From Syntrophales bacterium (GTDB taxonomy: Bacteria > Desulfobacterota > Syntrophia > Syntrophales > UBA8958), in the NCBI GenBank assembly GCA_023231165.1, contig JALNVY010000003.1, positions 1 to 37,421 on the forward strand: 37,421 bases of DNA, given 5' to 3'. The position numbers and the translations under genes are program-made. Shown piece by piece: positions 19,036-28,348 of this stretch (positions are counted from its first letter, which is position 1; every line of letters begins with the position of its first letter). The notes beneath the pieces were generated by a model. That model ran no database searches. It was not told the DNA's origin and saw only the letters and a list, made by a program, of their open reading frames with translations.

Positions 19036-20577
19036 TCACCATGCCCCCCTGGTCAGTCCTTTAAAGGATTCTCTATGGCGTACTGTTTCATACTCGACAG
19101 CCATGCCGTATCCTTTTTGTAGACTGCTGACAGACATTTCCGCCGCGTCCGGACCATCGTCATGCACAGTAGGGTTGAAGATGTAGACGAATTGCTCGAT
19201 CAAGATCTTTTGATCACTCTGATTTTTCTCGAACAGTATTTTCCCGTGTTCCCAGAGATACGCGAAGGTACCGACGATTCGGGCAATCTTATTTGTATTG
19301 TGCTGCATGGGAGCCCATGGGAGAAAACGTCCTACATCCTTGGCGTAATTCATGATTGCTTCATGCAGAAAATCTTTGAACATGTTTTCTTCAATGGGGC
19401 ATACTCCCGGATATTGATCGTTTTGCGTATAGGCGGCGGCGAACATTTCACCGACGGTCCGACGCTTGATCCAGGCATGCATACAACGGAAAACCATTGT
19501 CTGGGGGTCCAGACCAAAAGTAACGACGGACCGGAAGTCGCTTCCAGTCGTGGCCGTCCCGGACGGGTCTATTGCGGTTGCAAAAAACAGCTTGCGATTG
19601 ACCACTTCGATCCGCTCGTAATATTTGACCTGCTCTTCCGGAAAAGGGGTATCCTCTGTACCGACCTTGTTGCGCATTTCCTTGTTGAACGTATAAGTGC
19701 CGGTGTCATGCTTCTTTTGCATGAGCCTTTCCATCGGCCACAGTGCGGGCCACAGGGGGCGCTCCTCGGGCGTGCCCTCATCGAGAATGGCGTCATAGAC
19801 TTTGGAGACGTACCGGCGCTGGCCTTCGTCGTCTTCCTCTGCGATCAATTTGGAGATGGCGGAAAGCGGATGGAAGAGGTTGCCGACCATGATGGCGGAG
19901 TAGCCTTTACCCAGAGATCCCAAAACCGCACCGCGTATCCAGTTGATGATTTTCTTTGTGGTCCGGGGATTCTCGACGGTCTCATCATTTTCCATGTCAT
20001 CGAAGATGGCCATGTCCGGACGGAACTGCCGGTAACGGATGCCGCGCACTTTATCTCCACGGCCTCTGGCCATGACCATGACGCCGTTTGACGTTTCGAA
20101 CTCGTCATCACTCCAGTTCTTTGTCTTAAGGTTGCCGAAATCGTGCCTGATGCGCGGGTTCTCTTCCAACTCTAATTTAATCTGGAGGCTGAATGAGGCC
20201 GCCTGCTCATGCGTGTCGGAACACGGCCAAATAAATCGTTTGAGGCGATAGACGATCTTGTGAACCGGATTGCCCAGAGTAAAAAAGGTTGATTTGGCAT
20301 GCTCACGCGGAGCGCCGACCAGGGCGAACTGATCGTTGAACTCGGTAATCTCCTGCCATTCGGAATGAAAATCGCCGAAAGCGACACTGAAATAATGCGG
20401 AAGATAGGTAGCAAAGAAATAGAGCAGGTCTGTCTCCCCGCGCTTCTTGCGTTCGGCCTGCTTTGCGGGCGTGTCGTTTTCAAAGGGAGAAACCGCTTCG
20501 CGAATCCACTTCTTCAGTTCCTCGACCTGTTTGTCGAACTGCCCTTCGGTCAGATTGGGCCGCTTACGCATTGCCAT
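19036..20577 (-). CDS. terL: Terminase large subunit
   Basis: APREHAKS Walker A, RPDMAIFDD Walker B, IDPS and HDDGPD nuclease motifs. Confidence 0.93.
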   Translation of the reverse strand: MAMRKRPNLTEGQFDKQVEELKKWIREAVSPFENDTPAKQAERKKRGETDLLYFFATYLPHYFSVAFGDFHSEWQEITEFNDQFALVGAPREHAKSTFFTLGNPVHKIVYRLKRFIWPCSDTHEQAASFSLQIKLELEENPRIRHDFGNLKTKNWSDDEFETSNGVMVMARGRGDKVRGIRYRQFRPDMAIFDDMENDETVENPRTTKKIINWIRGAVLGSLGKGYSAIMVGNLFHPLSAISKLIAEEDDEGQRRYVSKVYDAILDEGTPEERPLWPALWPMERLMQKKHDTGTYTFNKEMRNKVGTEDTPFPEEQVKYYERIEVVNRKLFFATAIDPSGTATTGSDFRSVVTFGLDPQTMVFRCMHAWIKRRTVGEMFAAAYTQNDQYPGVCPIEENMFKDFLHEAIMNYAKDVGRFLPWAPMQHNTNKIARIVGTFAYLWEHGKILFEKNQSDQKILIEQFVYIFNPTVHDDGPDAAEMSVSSLQKGYGMAVEYETVRHRESFKGLTRGAW

Positions 20578-21061
20578 TATTCATGCACTCCGTTTTAAAC
20601 TGCATCGTCATGGCATCAAAATCCGCCGCCAATACCTTGAGCCCCTCCGGATCGTTTTCCCGCAGCCAGGCAACCATCCATTGCAGGTTTTCTAAAAAGA
20701 CTTTAGCTTTGTCGTATCCGGCCCCTTGGGAATCCTGCGCCCGGAACTTCACGACCAGGGCGCCCAGCTTGGACAAATTGTCCAGGGTGCCTCCCTCAAT
20801 GGCTCCAGCCTCCCGTTCCTCGGCAAATGTCAATTCGCGCTCCAGTAGCGCTTCCATTCGAAGGCCAAACGTCGCTTTGCGCGCTCGGGCCTTGTCCCAT
20901 TCGTCAAACTCATCGGACGGCTTTTTCGTCTGCCCTTTCCAGACCGAGAGGGTTTGGCGAGACACGCCCAGGGCGATCTCTATGGCGGTCAGCGATTGTC
21001 CATCGATGAACATCTGCCGGGCCACGAGCTCCAATTGAGGGCGAGCGCCTTTTTCGGCCAT
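20564..21061 (-). CDS. Terminase small subunit-like HTH protein (DUF1804-like)
   Basis: N-terminal HTH (LGVSRQTLSVWK) and WDKAR; precedes terL; start re-called at 21061. Confidence 0.75.
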   Translation of the reverse strand: MAEKGARPQLELVARQMFIDGQSLTAIEIALGVSRQTLSVWKGQTKKPSDEFDEWDKARARKATFGLRMEALLERELTFAEEREAGAIEGGTLDNLSKLGALVVKFRAQDSQGAGYDKAKVFLENLQWMVAWLRENDPEGLKVLAADFDAMTMQFKTECMNNGNA

Positions 21062-21306
21062 TACTTCAGCTCCTCTTCCAGCCTGGATATCTCGGACATG
21101 GCAACTGCCAGTTCCCCCCATTTGGCCTTAAGCTCATCAAACTGAGTATCGACATCGCCGATCGGCAAATCCTCGGGACGTTTCAGGCTGCAATCGAGGT
21201 TGATGCAGATCAGCCGGGCCAGGGCCTCAATTTCGCCGCGCAGACGCTTGGCGGTGTATTCCAGATTCGTCAGCCTTACCCGCCGCATTTCGTTCTGTAG
21301 GCTCAT
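21061..21306 (-). CDS. Coiled-coil hypothetical protein
   Basis: Start re-called at MSLQNE (ATGA overlap); coupled to both neighbours. Confidence 0.65.
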   Translation of the reverse strand: MSLQNEMRRVRLTNLEYTAKRLRGEIEALARLICINLDCSLKRPEDLPIGDVDTQFDELKAKWGELAVAMSEISRLEEELK

Positions 21307-21653
21307 TGTCCATCCTTTTGACGTTTCATTGAGATCATATTGGCATTGATCAATTGATGGCATGGGGCCTTGGTCCGCAGGAATGTCGTTAATTCCGTGG
21401 TGGCCGCCGTGCTTAGCCTGATCGTGTCCACATGTTCACCCGCCATCTTCTGATAACTCTCGACCAGCTTGACATTTGATTCGTACATCTCGACCACGGC
21501 CTGATGGCGCTTTTCCATGGACCGTGACAGCAGCCACATGACAATCCACGGGCCGAATATGACGGCAGCCAGGACAGAGCCCAGGGGCCAAGTGCCTATC
21601 TTCGAGACAATGGCCGCGATGGCCGTGAGTGCCGCAATCTGTTCAGGTGTCAT
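21303..21653 (-). CDS. Membrane protein, lysis region
   Basis: Hydrophobic N-terminus followed by a helical tail. Confidence 0.6.
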   Translation of the reverse strand: MTPEQIAALTAIAAIVSKIGTWPLGSVLAAVIFGPWIVMWLLSRSMEKRHQAVVEMYESNVKLVESYQKMAGEHVDTIRLSTAATTELTTFLRTKAPCHQLINANMISMKRQKDGQ

Positions 21654-21656
21654 TAG

Positions 21657-22217
21657 TTAGCCTTTTATCGCCGGGGCCTTGGCAAGGAGATCCGTCTTTT
21701 GGGCGCTGCCCTTCGAGGAGCCGAAGAAATACTGAAGCACCTGGCCGAATCCAGTGGATAACGCACCAAAAAGCATAAAAATAACGCCGTTCTGATCGGG
21801 AGGAACGGGGATCTTGAGAAGGAAGGCCAGCAAAGCGAAAAACCCGACTACAATCGTCCATGCGAGAACGTACAGATTGACATCCCGGTTGCCTGTGGCT
21901 TTCTCACTCTCCACTTGTCGCGTCCTGGCGCTTTGCGTGTCAGCAAGCAGCGCTTTCATCTCATCGATGTCCTGATCCCGTTGCCGGAGTTTGAATTCAT
22001 TCTCCGCAACCATGATCTTCAAGGAGGCGTCGTTATCCGCTGCAATGGCGGTTTTTAACTCTTCAGGAGACGGGTTTTCACCCAAGCCAAAGGCTTTTCC
22101 CAGTACCGCGATACCGGCGCCAATGCCCGCACTGACGCCGCCCGTCACTGGTGCCAGCAAGCCGCCCAGGGCGGGGGCCATCGTCACGATCGAATTGCCG
22201 ATGTCTTTCCATTCCAT
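21657..22217 (-). CDS. Holin-like membrane protein
   Basis: N-terminal hydrophobic segment, two C-terminal TMs and YFFGSSKGS motif; next to the endolysin. Confidence 0.75.
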   Translation of the reverse strand: MEWKDIGNSIVTMAPALGGLLAPVTGGVSAGIGAGIAVLGKAFGLGENPSPEELKTAIAADNDASLKIMVAENEFKLRQRDQDIDEMKALLADTQSARTRQVESEKATGNRDVNLYVLAWTIVVGFFALLAFLLKIPVPPDQNGVIFMLFGALSTGFGQVLQYFFGSSKGSAQKTDLLAKAPAIKG

Positions 22218-22260
22218 GCTTCATGCCTCCTTTTCAGCTTTGCGGTGCCGTTTCAATTGT

Positions 22261-22286
22261 GGCTCCAGGCCCTATTGCCTGGAGCC
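22261..22286. terminator. Perfect 10-bp stem-loop between endolysin and holin
   Basis: GGCTCCAGGC-cctatt-GCCTGGAGCC; short T run only on the plus strand. Confidence 0.45.
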
Positions 22287-22365
22287 GTTTTGTGGGTTGA
22301 GCGTGTTACTGCGTGGCCCCTCCCGGCGTCTCAATACGGAACAGGCGGGGCGCTCCCTAAGATTT

Positions 22366-22857
22366 TTAGATTTCAAAATGGGGATAATCCGGCCGTGGCT
22401 TCCCCTTGGCATTTTTGAACCGACCGCCCCAAATAAGGCCGATGCTTTCACCGATCAATCCGGCTTCGGTGTAATCGGGTATCTCGTTTTGATTCACGTT
22501 TACCTTCATATCCCAGATCGGTTTTCCCTGAAGAATAATGGCGATATCAAAGGCACGGGCCTGATCGTTTTTGGGGTCCATGTCATCAAGATCGATGAGA
22601 TGTTTGGATTGGAGTGTCCAGGTTACGGAGACGAGATTTTCTTTCGCGTTAATTGGCGGCATGCCTGCCAGGCGGCGCAGTCCGTTGACATAATTTAATG
22701 GATGCCGACCTTGGGCATAGAGGGCAAACTGTTCCTTGATCAGGCGGGCCGTGCAGGTAACGATAAAGGGGATATTTGCCGCCTTCATTTTCACGCTGAA
22801 CAGGGTTGCCTTTTCACGGAGTTCGGGAACCAGATCCTTGATGTCTCGACTTGCCAT
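22366..22857 (-). CDS. Endolysin, M15-family (L-Ala-D-Glu-type) peptidase
   Basis: R...EQ..LYAQGR, SKH, AFDI, WGGRF and DYPHFE motifs. Confidence 0.88.
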   Translation of the reverse strand: MASRDIKDLVPELREKATLFSVKMKAANIPFIVTCTARLIKEQFALYAQGRHPLNYVNGLRRLAGMPPINAKENLVSVTWTLQSKHLIDLDDMDPKNDQARAFDIAIILQGKPIWDMKVNVNQNEIPDYTEAGLIGESIGLIWGGRFKNAKGKPRPDYPHFEI

Positions 22858-23012
22858 AGCCTTTCCTTTCATAAGTGGGGCCTGTCGGTTCGAGTGGGGA
22901 AGGGCTCCAGCCCGGGCTCTTCCACCACTCGAATCCGAACAGGCTATTTGTGGAGGTATGCGCGGGAAAGGTTATGGCAGATTACGAAAGGGACGTCTTT
23001 TGCGGTGTGCAC

Positions 23013-23047
23013 AAAAAAGCCCCTTCAGGAGATGAAGGGGCTTTTTT
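23013..23047. terminator. Bidirectional intrinsic terminator ending the early/middle region
   Basis: AAAAAAGCCCCTTCA-ggaga-TGAAGGGGCTTTTTT. Confidence 0.85.
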
Positions 23048-23087
23048 AGGATTATGAATTGGCTTATTGCCTTATCAGCGAAAAAAG

Positions 23088-23414
23088 TCAAGCATCATCG
23101 AATAGGGACTGCTGTTTCGATTCTTCCTTGCGGGCGGCAATGATATCGTAAATCTCGCGTATGGACAGGCCCGTTTCCAAGGCAATACGGCGATGGTTAA
23201 AAGGTTTTCCCGGACAGGACTGGGCGTAGCGATCGAGAATGTATTGGACCTTGGCGGGTTTGAACAGTTTGTCCGGGCTCAGAAGGTAAATGTAGATGCT
23301 CGGTAGAGTATGCGCCAGTTTGATGGTATTCTCCAGACCGATCGCACCAACTATGAGTTGATAATCTTCAGGAAGATTTTCTGTTTTGATATAATCACGC
23401 CAAGTCTCCGACAT
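23088..23414 (-). CDS. mor: Mor/C-family transcription activator
   Basis: C-terminal FNHRRIALETGLSIREIYDII HTH ending QQSLF; last gene before the late operon. Confidence 0.8.
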   Translation of the reverse strand: MSETWRDYIKTENLPEDYQLIVGAIGLENTIKLAHTLPSIYIYLLSPDKLFKPAKVQYILDRYAQSCPGKPFNHRRIALETGLSIREIYDIIAARKEESKQQSLFDDA

Positions 23415-23415
23415 T

Positions 23416-23910
23416 TTATGCCCCCTGAATCTGATGGTCAAGCAGACCCTTGAGCCCCTCGATGGTATCATTCGCCTGTTGTGCCGTTTTGATCCGGTCA
23501 ATCTTCATATATTTCCGCCGCCACAGTTCGTATCCGTTCTCAACTTTCCAGGCGATTTTTTTTACCAGGATATCGATCATATCCAGTTGGTCCCTCGACG
23601 GCATGCGAATCACGTTAGGCGGATTCTGCCGGGCACGTTTACGGTCATTTGCCGGTTGCCAGCGGGCGCGCCTGGCCGCACCACTGGTACGGATATAGTT
23701 GGATTGAATCTTGAAACCCAAGGTCTTAACAAAGTAATTTATGACCCCATCCGCTTCGAAGTACGTCAGATCTGCGCTGGACGACTTCTTGCCTTTAGTA
23801 TGCGCCTCAATAATCTCCTCATAGTTCTCTTTCGATAGACCGCATTGGGCCTTTGCTATATGGATCAATTGCACCTGTTTTGGTTCTATCATCTTGACTG
23901 CTGGTCTCAT
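23416..23910 (-). CDS. gemA: GemA-like regulatory protein (DUF1018 / Mu gp16)
   Basis: LIHIAKAQCGL...SSADLT...IEGLK; start re-called at 23910. Confidence 0.8.
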   Translation of the reverse strand: MRPAVKMIEPKQVQLIHIAKAQCGLSKENYEEIIEAHTKGKKSSSADLTYFEADGVINYFVKTLGFKIQSNYIRTSGAARRARWQPANDRKRARQNPPNVIRMPSRDQLDMIDILVKKIAWKVENGYELWRRKYMKIDRIKTAQQANDTIEGLKGLLDHQIQGA

Positions 23911-23911
23911 C

Positions 23912-24415
23912 TTACGATTGCCTCCACTTTTTCTTGAGCTCGGCAATGGCCTGAAGGGACGTGTCGGACATTGGTTCGGGATTGTCCTCTCTCTCCTGAT
24001 GCCGTCTCTGGCGGGAGGCTTCCCGGTCTGATTCCATCTTGGCTGCCAATTCCGCCGCCGTCTCCCAGGCCACATGCCGCAGGTAGTTATGGTTTTTCAG
24101 TCCCTTCGGTCCACTGGCGATAGTGGCCTCCATCGCTTTGCCCCAGATCTCCGGTGTACAGGGCCGCGTCTCGCCACCTTGCCAGTGAACGGTTCCCGTT
24201 TCGACCAGATCCTTCAGGCTCCGGGCAATCACCAGAGCGCGCCGCCAGGGGAGGGCCTTCGTCCCCTGGCGGAACAATCCCAGGTACGCGAGCATCTGGC
24301 GCAGGACCGGAGAGGGCAACTGCACCAGGGCGTCGAAGAAATACCGAATGGCCGAATCGTTCACCCATGCCTCCGCGCTGGCCACGGCCCCGCAACTTGG
24401 ACAAACCAGCCGCAT
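23912..24415 (-). CDS. Mu-like phage early protein with N-terminal CxxC
   Basis: MRLVCPSCG...YLGLFR...LKNHNYL; start re-called at 24415. Confidence 0.7.
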   Translation of the reverse strand: MRLVCPSCGAVASAEAWVNDSAIRYFFDALVQLPSPVLRQMLAYLGLFRQGTKALPWRRALVIARSLKDLVETGTVHWQGGETRPCTPEIWGKAMEATIASGPKGLKNHNYLRHVAWETAAELAAKMESDREASRQRRHQEREDNPEPMSDTSLQAIAELKKKWRQS

Positions 24416-24717
24416 CAGGTTGCCTCCACTCCATGTAAACACCGATGTATTTCACCGCCTACGGTATCAGGAATGCGGCTTTCTATTTTCCGTTGATATT
24501 GCTCAACTCGACCAATCAGTAGCTCGATGCTTTGGACATGTTCCTGATTAGTGCCGATCCTGATACATTCTGCCTTGTATGCTTTAAGCGCGGCTGGAAC
24601 AGCCCTATCTTTGGCGCAAAGCAGCAAGGAATTCTGTTCTGTGTAGAAATGCCCGTTAACCGGGTTTACCGCTAAAATTTCAAACTTTCTGTCTATTATT
24701 TCCATTATGCCCTCCAT
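24415..24717 (-). CDS. Hypothetical protein
   Basis: In operon; AKDRAVPAALKAY motif. Confidence 0.65.
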   Translation of the reverse strand: MEGIMEIIDRKFEILAVNPVNGHFYTEQNSLLLCAKDRAVPAALKAYKAECIRIGTNQEHVQSIELLIGRVEQYQRKIESRIPDTVGGEIHRCLHGVEAT

Positions 24718-24734
24718 TGATGTCTATTTTGCCC

Positions 24735-25271
24735 TTACGACAACAATTCGGGATACAGGGAGTACTCCCTGATATGGGCGCAAAACGCTTTCCACTGGGG
24801 GAGCCGGTGTGTGGTCCGCTGCAGCAGGATATTTCTCAGGCACTTGTAGTTTATCACCCAAATCCGGCGCTGCAAAAAGCCTTCGGGCAGCTCGTTCTTG
24901 AGCCTAACCAGATCCTCGACGGACTTGCTTTCCATGTACGCACTGACCAGGGCGTTCAGATGTAAAAGAGTAGGCGGATAAATCGGCGCCTCAAAATCAT
25001 ATTGTTCAAGGTGCTTTTTCTGGATCGTATGCATCGTGGATCCAGATTGCTTGCTGCTCAGCCGGTATGTGTCCGCTTCCTGCCACCAGTAGCGTGGAGC
25101 CGTGACGTCCAGCCATACCGTGATCGCCTCCAGGACTTTATTGTGCCCACCATCCTTCGGGGCAAGCTTAACCGCAACTTCTTTGGCACGTTCGAACGTT
25201 ATACCGTGCGACAATGACAAGCCGACGATCGCTTCCTGATATCCGGCTTCTCGCATTATTATTAAATTCAC
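24735..25271 (-). CDS. ThyX-like (flavin-dependent thymidylate synthase fold) protein, non-canonical
   Basis: GHNKVLE, APRYWWQEADTYR, SGSTMH, LPEG, NYKCLRN and QRTTHRLPQW motifs; no RHR motif. Confidence 0.6.
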   Translation of the reverse strand: MNLIIMREAGYQEAIVGLSLSHGITFERAKEVAVKLAPKDGGHNKVLEAITVWLDVTAPRYWWQEADTYRLSSKQSGSTMHTIQKKHLEQYDFEAPIYPPTLLHLNALVSAYMESKSVEDLVRLKNELPEGFLQRRIWVINYKCLRNILLQRTTHRLPQWKAFCAHIREYSLYPELLS

Positions 25272-25729
25272 TGTGTCTTCTCCTTTCTGATAGGCGGCTG
25301 CTCTGCCTCATATTCAATTAAAAACGTCTCTTTGAAATCCTCATCCATCGCCATCGGTACAAGCCATTGCGTGTTTGAAAGCGTGTCTAAGGCGTCCAGT
25401 AACACCGCCGGGAAGATCAATACTTTTTCGTCTGTCATCGACCGGCAAGCCTCAATATCAATTTCAGTGAAGAAGAAAAAAACCTCGCCTGCCGGTTCTC
25501 TTTCTTTGTCGATGATCCTCAGAAGCGGCTTCCATTGACTGACTTGAGTAACATATCCGGCCTCTTCAGCAAATTCGCGGACCATAGCCTCGACAGGCTT
25601 TTCACCCTGCCGGATATGTCCTCCCACTCCGTTATAACGGCCCATTTGCCATTGAGGCCTATTTTTCCGGATCAAGAGAACATGTTCTTTACCGTGATCA
25701 AAGGCAAACCCAACGACGTATGAGTTCAT
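25268..25729 (-). CDS. NUDIX hydrolase
   Basis: Nudix box GHIRQGEKPVEAMVREFAEEAG. Confidence 0.9.
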   Translation of the reverse strand: MNSYVVGFAFDHGKEHVLLIRKNRPQWQMGRYNGVGGHIRQGEKPVEAMVREFAEEAGYVTQVSQWKPLLRIIDKEREPAGEVFFFFTEIDIEACRSMTDEKVLIFPAVLLDALDTLSNTQWLVPMAMDEDFKETFLIEYEAEQPPIRKEKTQ

Positions 25730-26253
25730 GCCGCCACCTTTTCCTCGTTCAGGTCATCTTCCTTCAGGAGTGCATCCACGAACTTGTCGATCTCCGAGTC
25801 TGTGCTCTTGATCACTACCTGATCGCCGTCGTCACTGATCGTGACGCCGATCCGCTTCAGGTCGGCGGCGCTGAGGTTCAGGAGGGCGTCCTTGATCGGC
25901 TTTTCCGTGGTTTTGATCAGGACATCCGCCTGGTCGGGCAGGTGTTTTTTAATCAGTTTCACTACCTGATCGCTGTCGTCCCATGAGATCGTCCCCTTCG
26001 ATTTCTGGTATCCGACCTTGATACCATGCATAATCATCGTCTTGGGCCTTACAAACAGGCTCCGGCTTTCCTCGATAGCCGCCTTCAGGCTGGCCTGTTT
26101 CTCCATGACAGTGTTCACGGCGCTCTTTATTCCCGGCAGTCGGCGCCGCTTGATAGCGGTAATAAGATTCTCCAATTCACGGACCCGGCCGGTCAGCAGC
26201 TCACGCGCAGAGGAGAATTCCTTTGTCAATCCGTCAAGGTCTATTAAATTCAT
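25726..26253 (-). CDS. gam: Gam-like host-nuclease inhibitor
   Basis: Coiled coil then KT...GIKVGYQKSKG, K.AL and LKRIGV; start re-called at 26253. Confidence 0.75.
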   Translation of the reverse strand: MNLIDLDGLTKEFSSARELLTGRVRELENLITAIKRRRLPGIKSAVNTVMEKQASLKAAIEESRSLFVRPKTMIMHGIKVGYQKSKGTISWDDSDQVVKLIKKHLPDQADVLIKTTEKPIKDALLNLSAADLKRIGVTISDDGDQVVIKSTDSEIDKFVDALLKEDDLNEEKVAA

Positions 26254-26303
26254 GGTCTCATCCTTTCTTGTCTTGTTGTTGACAACAATTTGATTTGTTG
26301 TCG

Positions 26304-26522
26304 TCAATTTTTAAGCGTCTGCCATTCGGTAATCGTCAGGCCCATGTTATCGCAGACGAATTTAACATCTGTTTTTGCCTCTTCCTCGGTTTCAGGATTT
26401 CTCCTCGGGCCGCATTCCATATAAAACGCGCTGGCCATGATCGACCAACTCCAAGACTTGCCGTCGGCACAGGGCCAGAGATCTACCTTAACCTTACGAC
26501 GCCAGATTCGCTTCTTAGGCAT
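26304..26522 (-). CDS. Small hypothetical protein
   Basis: MPKKRIW...; start re-called after the upstream stop. Confidence 0.5.
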   Translation of the reverse strand: MPKKRIWRRKVKVDLWPCADGKSWSWSIMASAFYMECGPRRNPETEEEAKTDVKFVCDNMGLTITEWQTLKN

Positions 26523-26526
26523 GACA

Positions 26527-26751
26527 TCATCCTTTCCTGAATTGGCCGCATCCTCGGCACTTGCCGGGATCGCGGGTTTGTTGTACAATGCAAACCGCCG
26601 TGTCGATCCGTTCGCTTCGCACCTGGCAGTGGGTTCCATTGCCGATGCGCCGTTCGCCCGTGACCCCCGCAAAGAGATCGGGCTGACCGGTTCCCGCTTC
26701 GGTTCGACGCGGCTTTTCTTTATTCTTTGCCCATCGTTTTTCTCGTTTCAT
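26527..26751 (-). CDS. Small Cys-containing hypothetical protein
   Basis: MKREKRW...CRGC; start re-called. Confidence 0.5.
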   Translation of the reverse strand: MKREKRWAKNKEKPRRTEAGTGQPDLFAGVTGERRIGNGTHCQVRSERIDTAVCIVQQTRDPGKCRGCGQFRKG

Positions 26752-26762
26752 CTCAGATCCCT

Positions 26763-26915
26763 TCATCTCATTAATACCGCGAGGCAACGCGGTCCGAAAT
26801 ACAGAACCGCAATGGCTATGACAGCCCAACTTGCGACCTTCAACCGCTTCTCCTTTTTCAGCAGCTCGGCTTCCCACGGTTCGTTCTCAATGTATGTTAC
26901 GATTCGTTTCAGCAT
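26763..26915 (-). CDS. 50-aa single-TM protein (not in ORF track)
   Basis: MLKRIVTYIENEPWEAELLKKEKRLKVASWAVIAIAVLYFGPRCLAVLMR with AAGGAG SD. Confidence 0.6.
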   Translation of the reverse strand: MLKRIVTYIENEPWEAELLKKEKRLKVASWAVIAIAVLYFGPRCLAVLMR

Positions 26916-26928
26916 GGCCTCGCTCCTT

Positions 26929-28176
26929 TCAGATCGCCATCACCACAGCTTCCGTTACTTTCTTCTCTCCCATTTCATAGGCCATGTTCATGGCCCTGGC
27001 CGCATAATTGTTCACGATAAGCGGGTAGGCGTGACTGATTATCTGGTTTCGGCGGTCCTTCGTGGTCAGGCGACGGCTCAGGGCATCGAAAGCGCTGTCT
27101 TCAAAAATATCGACTACCTTTGCGCCGATCCGCTTGAACTTCATGGTTAGGTATTCCTTGGTGTTTCCGTTCAAACCCTTGATCTCTGCCGTCTGGATCC
27201 TGCGGATAACCTCCCGCATCTCGATATGCGTCGTTTCGTTAAAGAGGTTTTTCAGTTCCACCTGGCCGACCAGGATGATCCCCAGAAGCTTCCGATAGCC
27301 GTCTTCAAGCTCGTAGAAACGCTTCAGGTACTTCAGAGTGTTCGTGTGAAGGTCATGGGCCTCCTCGATGATAAGGACGGCTCTGAAGCCCTGTTTCGCC
27401 CGCTCCAGGAGGAGTTTGTGTACCTGCCTGGTTTTGGCCTCCAGCTTCATGACCGGTTTCTGCTCCGACAGGTCCATGATGATGGCATCGCAGATGCTGG
27501 CCGCATTGACCCGCGTCTTGTCGATCATCTGTGGAAAGATGACTATGACATCTCCGTCCTTTTTGAGCTGCTCGACAACCTTACGGCGCATGACGCTTTT
27601 CCCCGATCCCACCTCTCCGATCACGGCCAGGAACCCTCCGTGACGTGCCGCATCGATCATCGCCGCCTCGATATAGCGGTGCTCCTCGCTCATGAAAATG
27701 TCCGAATCCTTCTGGATGTCGTCAATAAAAGGATTCCTAAAAATCTTAAAATACTTCATTGCTTCCTGGCTGATCATTTCCACCTCCTTGGGAATAAATC
27801 GTTCCGGATCTCCCGGCACCATTGCCGGATGCCGTCTTGTCGCCCACATTTTCTGATTGTCCGCCGCCGGGCTCACATGCCGCAAATCCTTACCCAGGGG
27901 CTGCCAAATATCTGAAATCTTCATCTGCCGGGATGTTAGCCACTGCATGGCCCTCCGGTCTGCCTGGATCATGGCCTCGACCTTTGCCGTAAAATCGGGC
28001 CGCTCTTTAGGTATGTATCCCCGGTTCAATGTCAGGTTGATCGAGGGCCGTGACAGCCCCGTCTCCTGGCCGATCTTGGCCTGACTGATCCCGCAGTCCA
28101 CACAAAGCTCCTTTAAAATGATTGGTTCAAACGCTAACTGATATGGCGTTACTGCAATTAGTTTCGGCCGTCCCAC
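26929..28176 (-). CDS. Transposition AAA ATPase (MuB-equivalent, ExeA-like) with N-terminal HTH
   Basis: GEVGSGKS, LIIEEAH and IILVGQ.EL; GTG start at 28176 behind AGGAGG. Confidence 0.88.
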   Translation of the reverse strand: MGRPKLIAVTPYQLAFEPIILKELCVDCGISQAKIGQETGLSRPSINLTLNRGYIPKERPDFTAKVEAMIQADRRAMQWLTSRQMKISDIWQPLGKDLRHVSPAADNQKMWATRRHPAMVPGDPERFIPKEVEMISQEAMKYFKIFRNPFIDDIQKDSDIFMSEEHRYIEAAMIDAARHGGFLAVIGEVGSGKSVMRRKVVEQLKKDGDVIVIFPQMIDKTRVNAASICDAIIMDLSEQKPVMKLEAKTRQVHKLLLERAKQGFRAVLIIEEAHDLHTNTLKYLKRFYELEDGYRKLLGIILVGQVELKNLFNETTHIEMREVIRRIQTAEIKGLNGNTKEYLTMKFKRIGAKVVDIFEDSAFDALSRRLTTKDRRNQIISHAYPLIVNNYAARAMNMAYEMGEKKVTEAVVMAI

Positions 28177-28343
28177 GCGCTTACCTCCTGCGTTTTTACT
28201 TCCAACACCCATCCACACCTTGAACATGTCCCGAAGAGATCAAGGTATGTGTCCCAACCAATATTAAAACAGGCAGGGCACATGCCCATCTTGCCCGCCA
28301 CACGCTCTACAAATTCTTCTACTGGTACAGTCGGTATTCCCAT
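28158..28343 (-). CDS. Small zinc-ribbon protein
   Basis: CPAC and CSRC; fills the gap between transposase and ATPase. Confidence 0.55.
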   Translation of the reverse strand: MGIPTVPVEEFVERVAGKMGMCPACFNIGWDTYLDLFGTCSRCGWVLEVKTQEVSAWDGRN

Positions 28344-28348
28344 TATTT

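Noticed and set aside
18906-19052. Portal reading frame stays open back into the terL 3' end, near a G6 run
   Set aside because: About 49 open codons can occur by chance, there is no in-frame start, and nothing supports a terminase-portal frameshift
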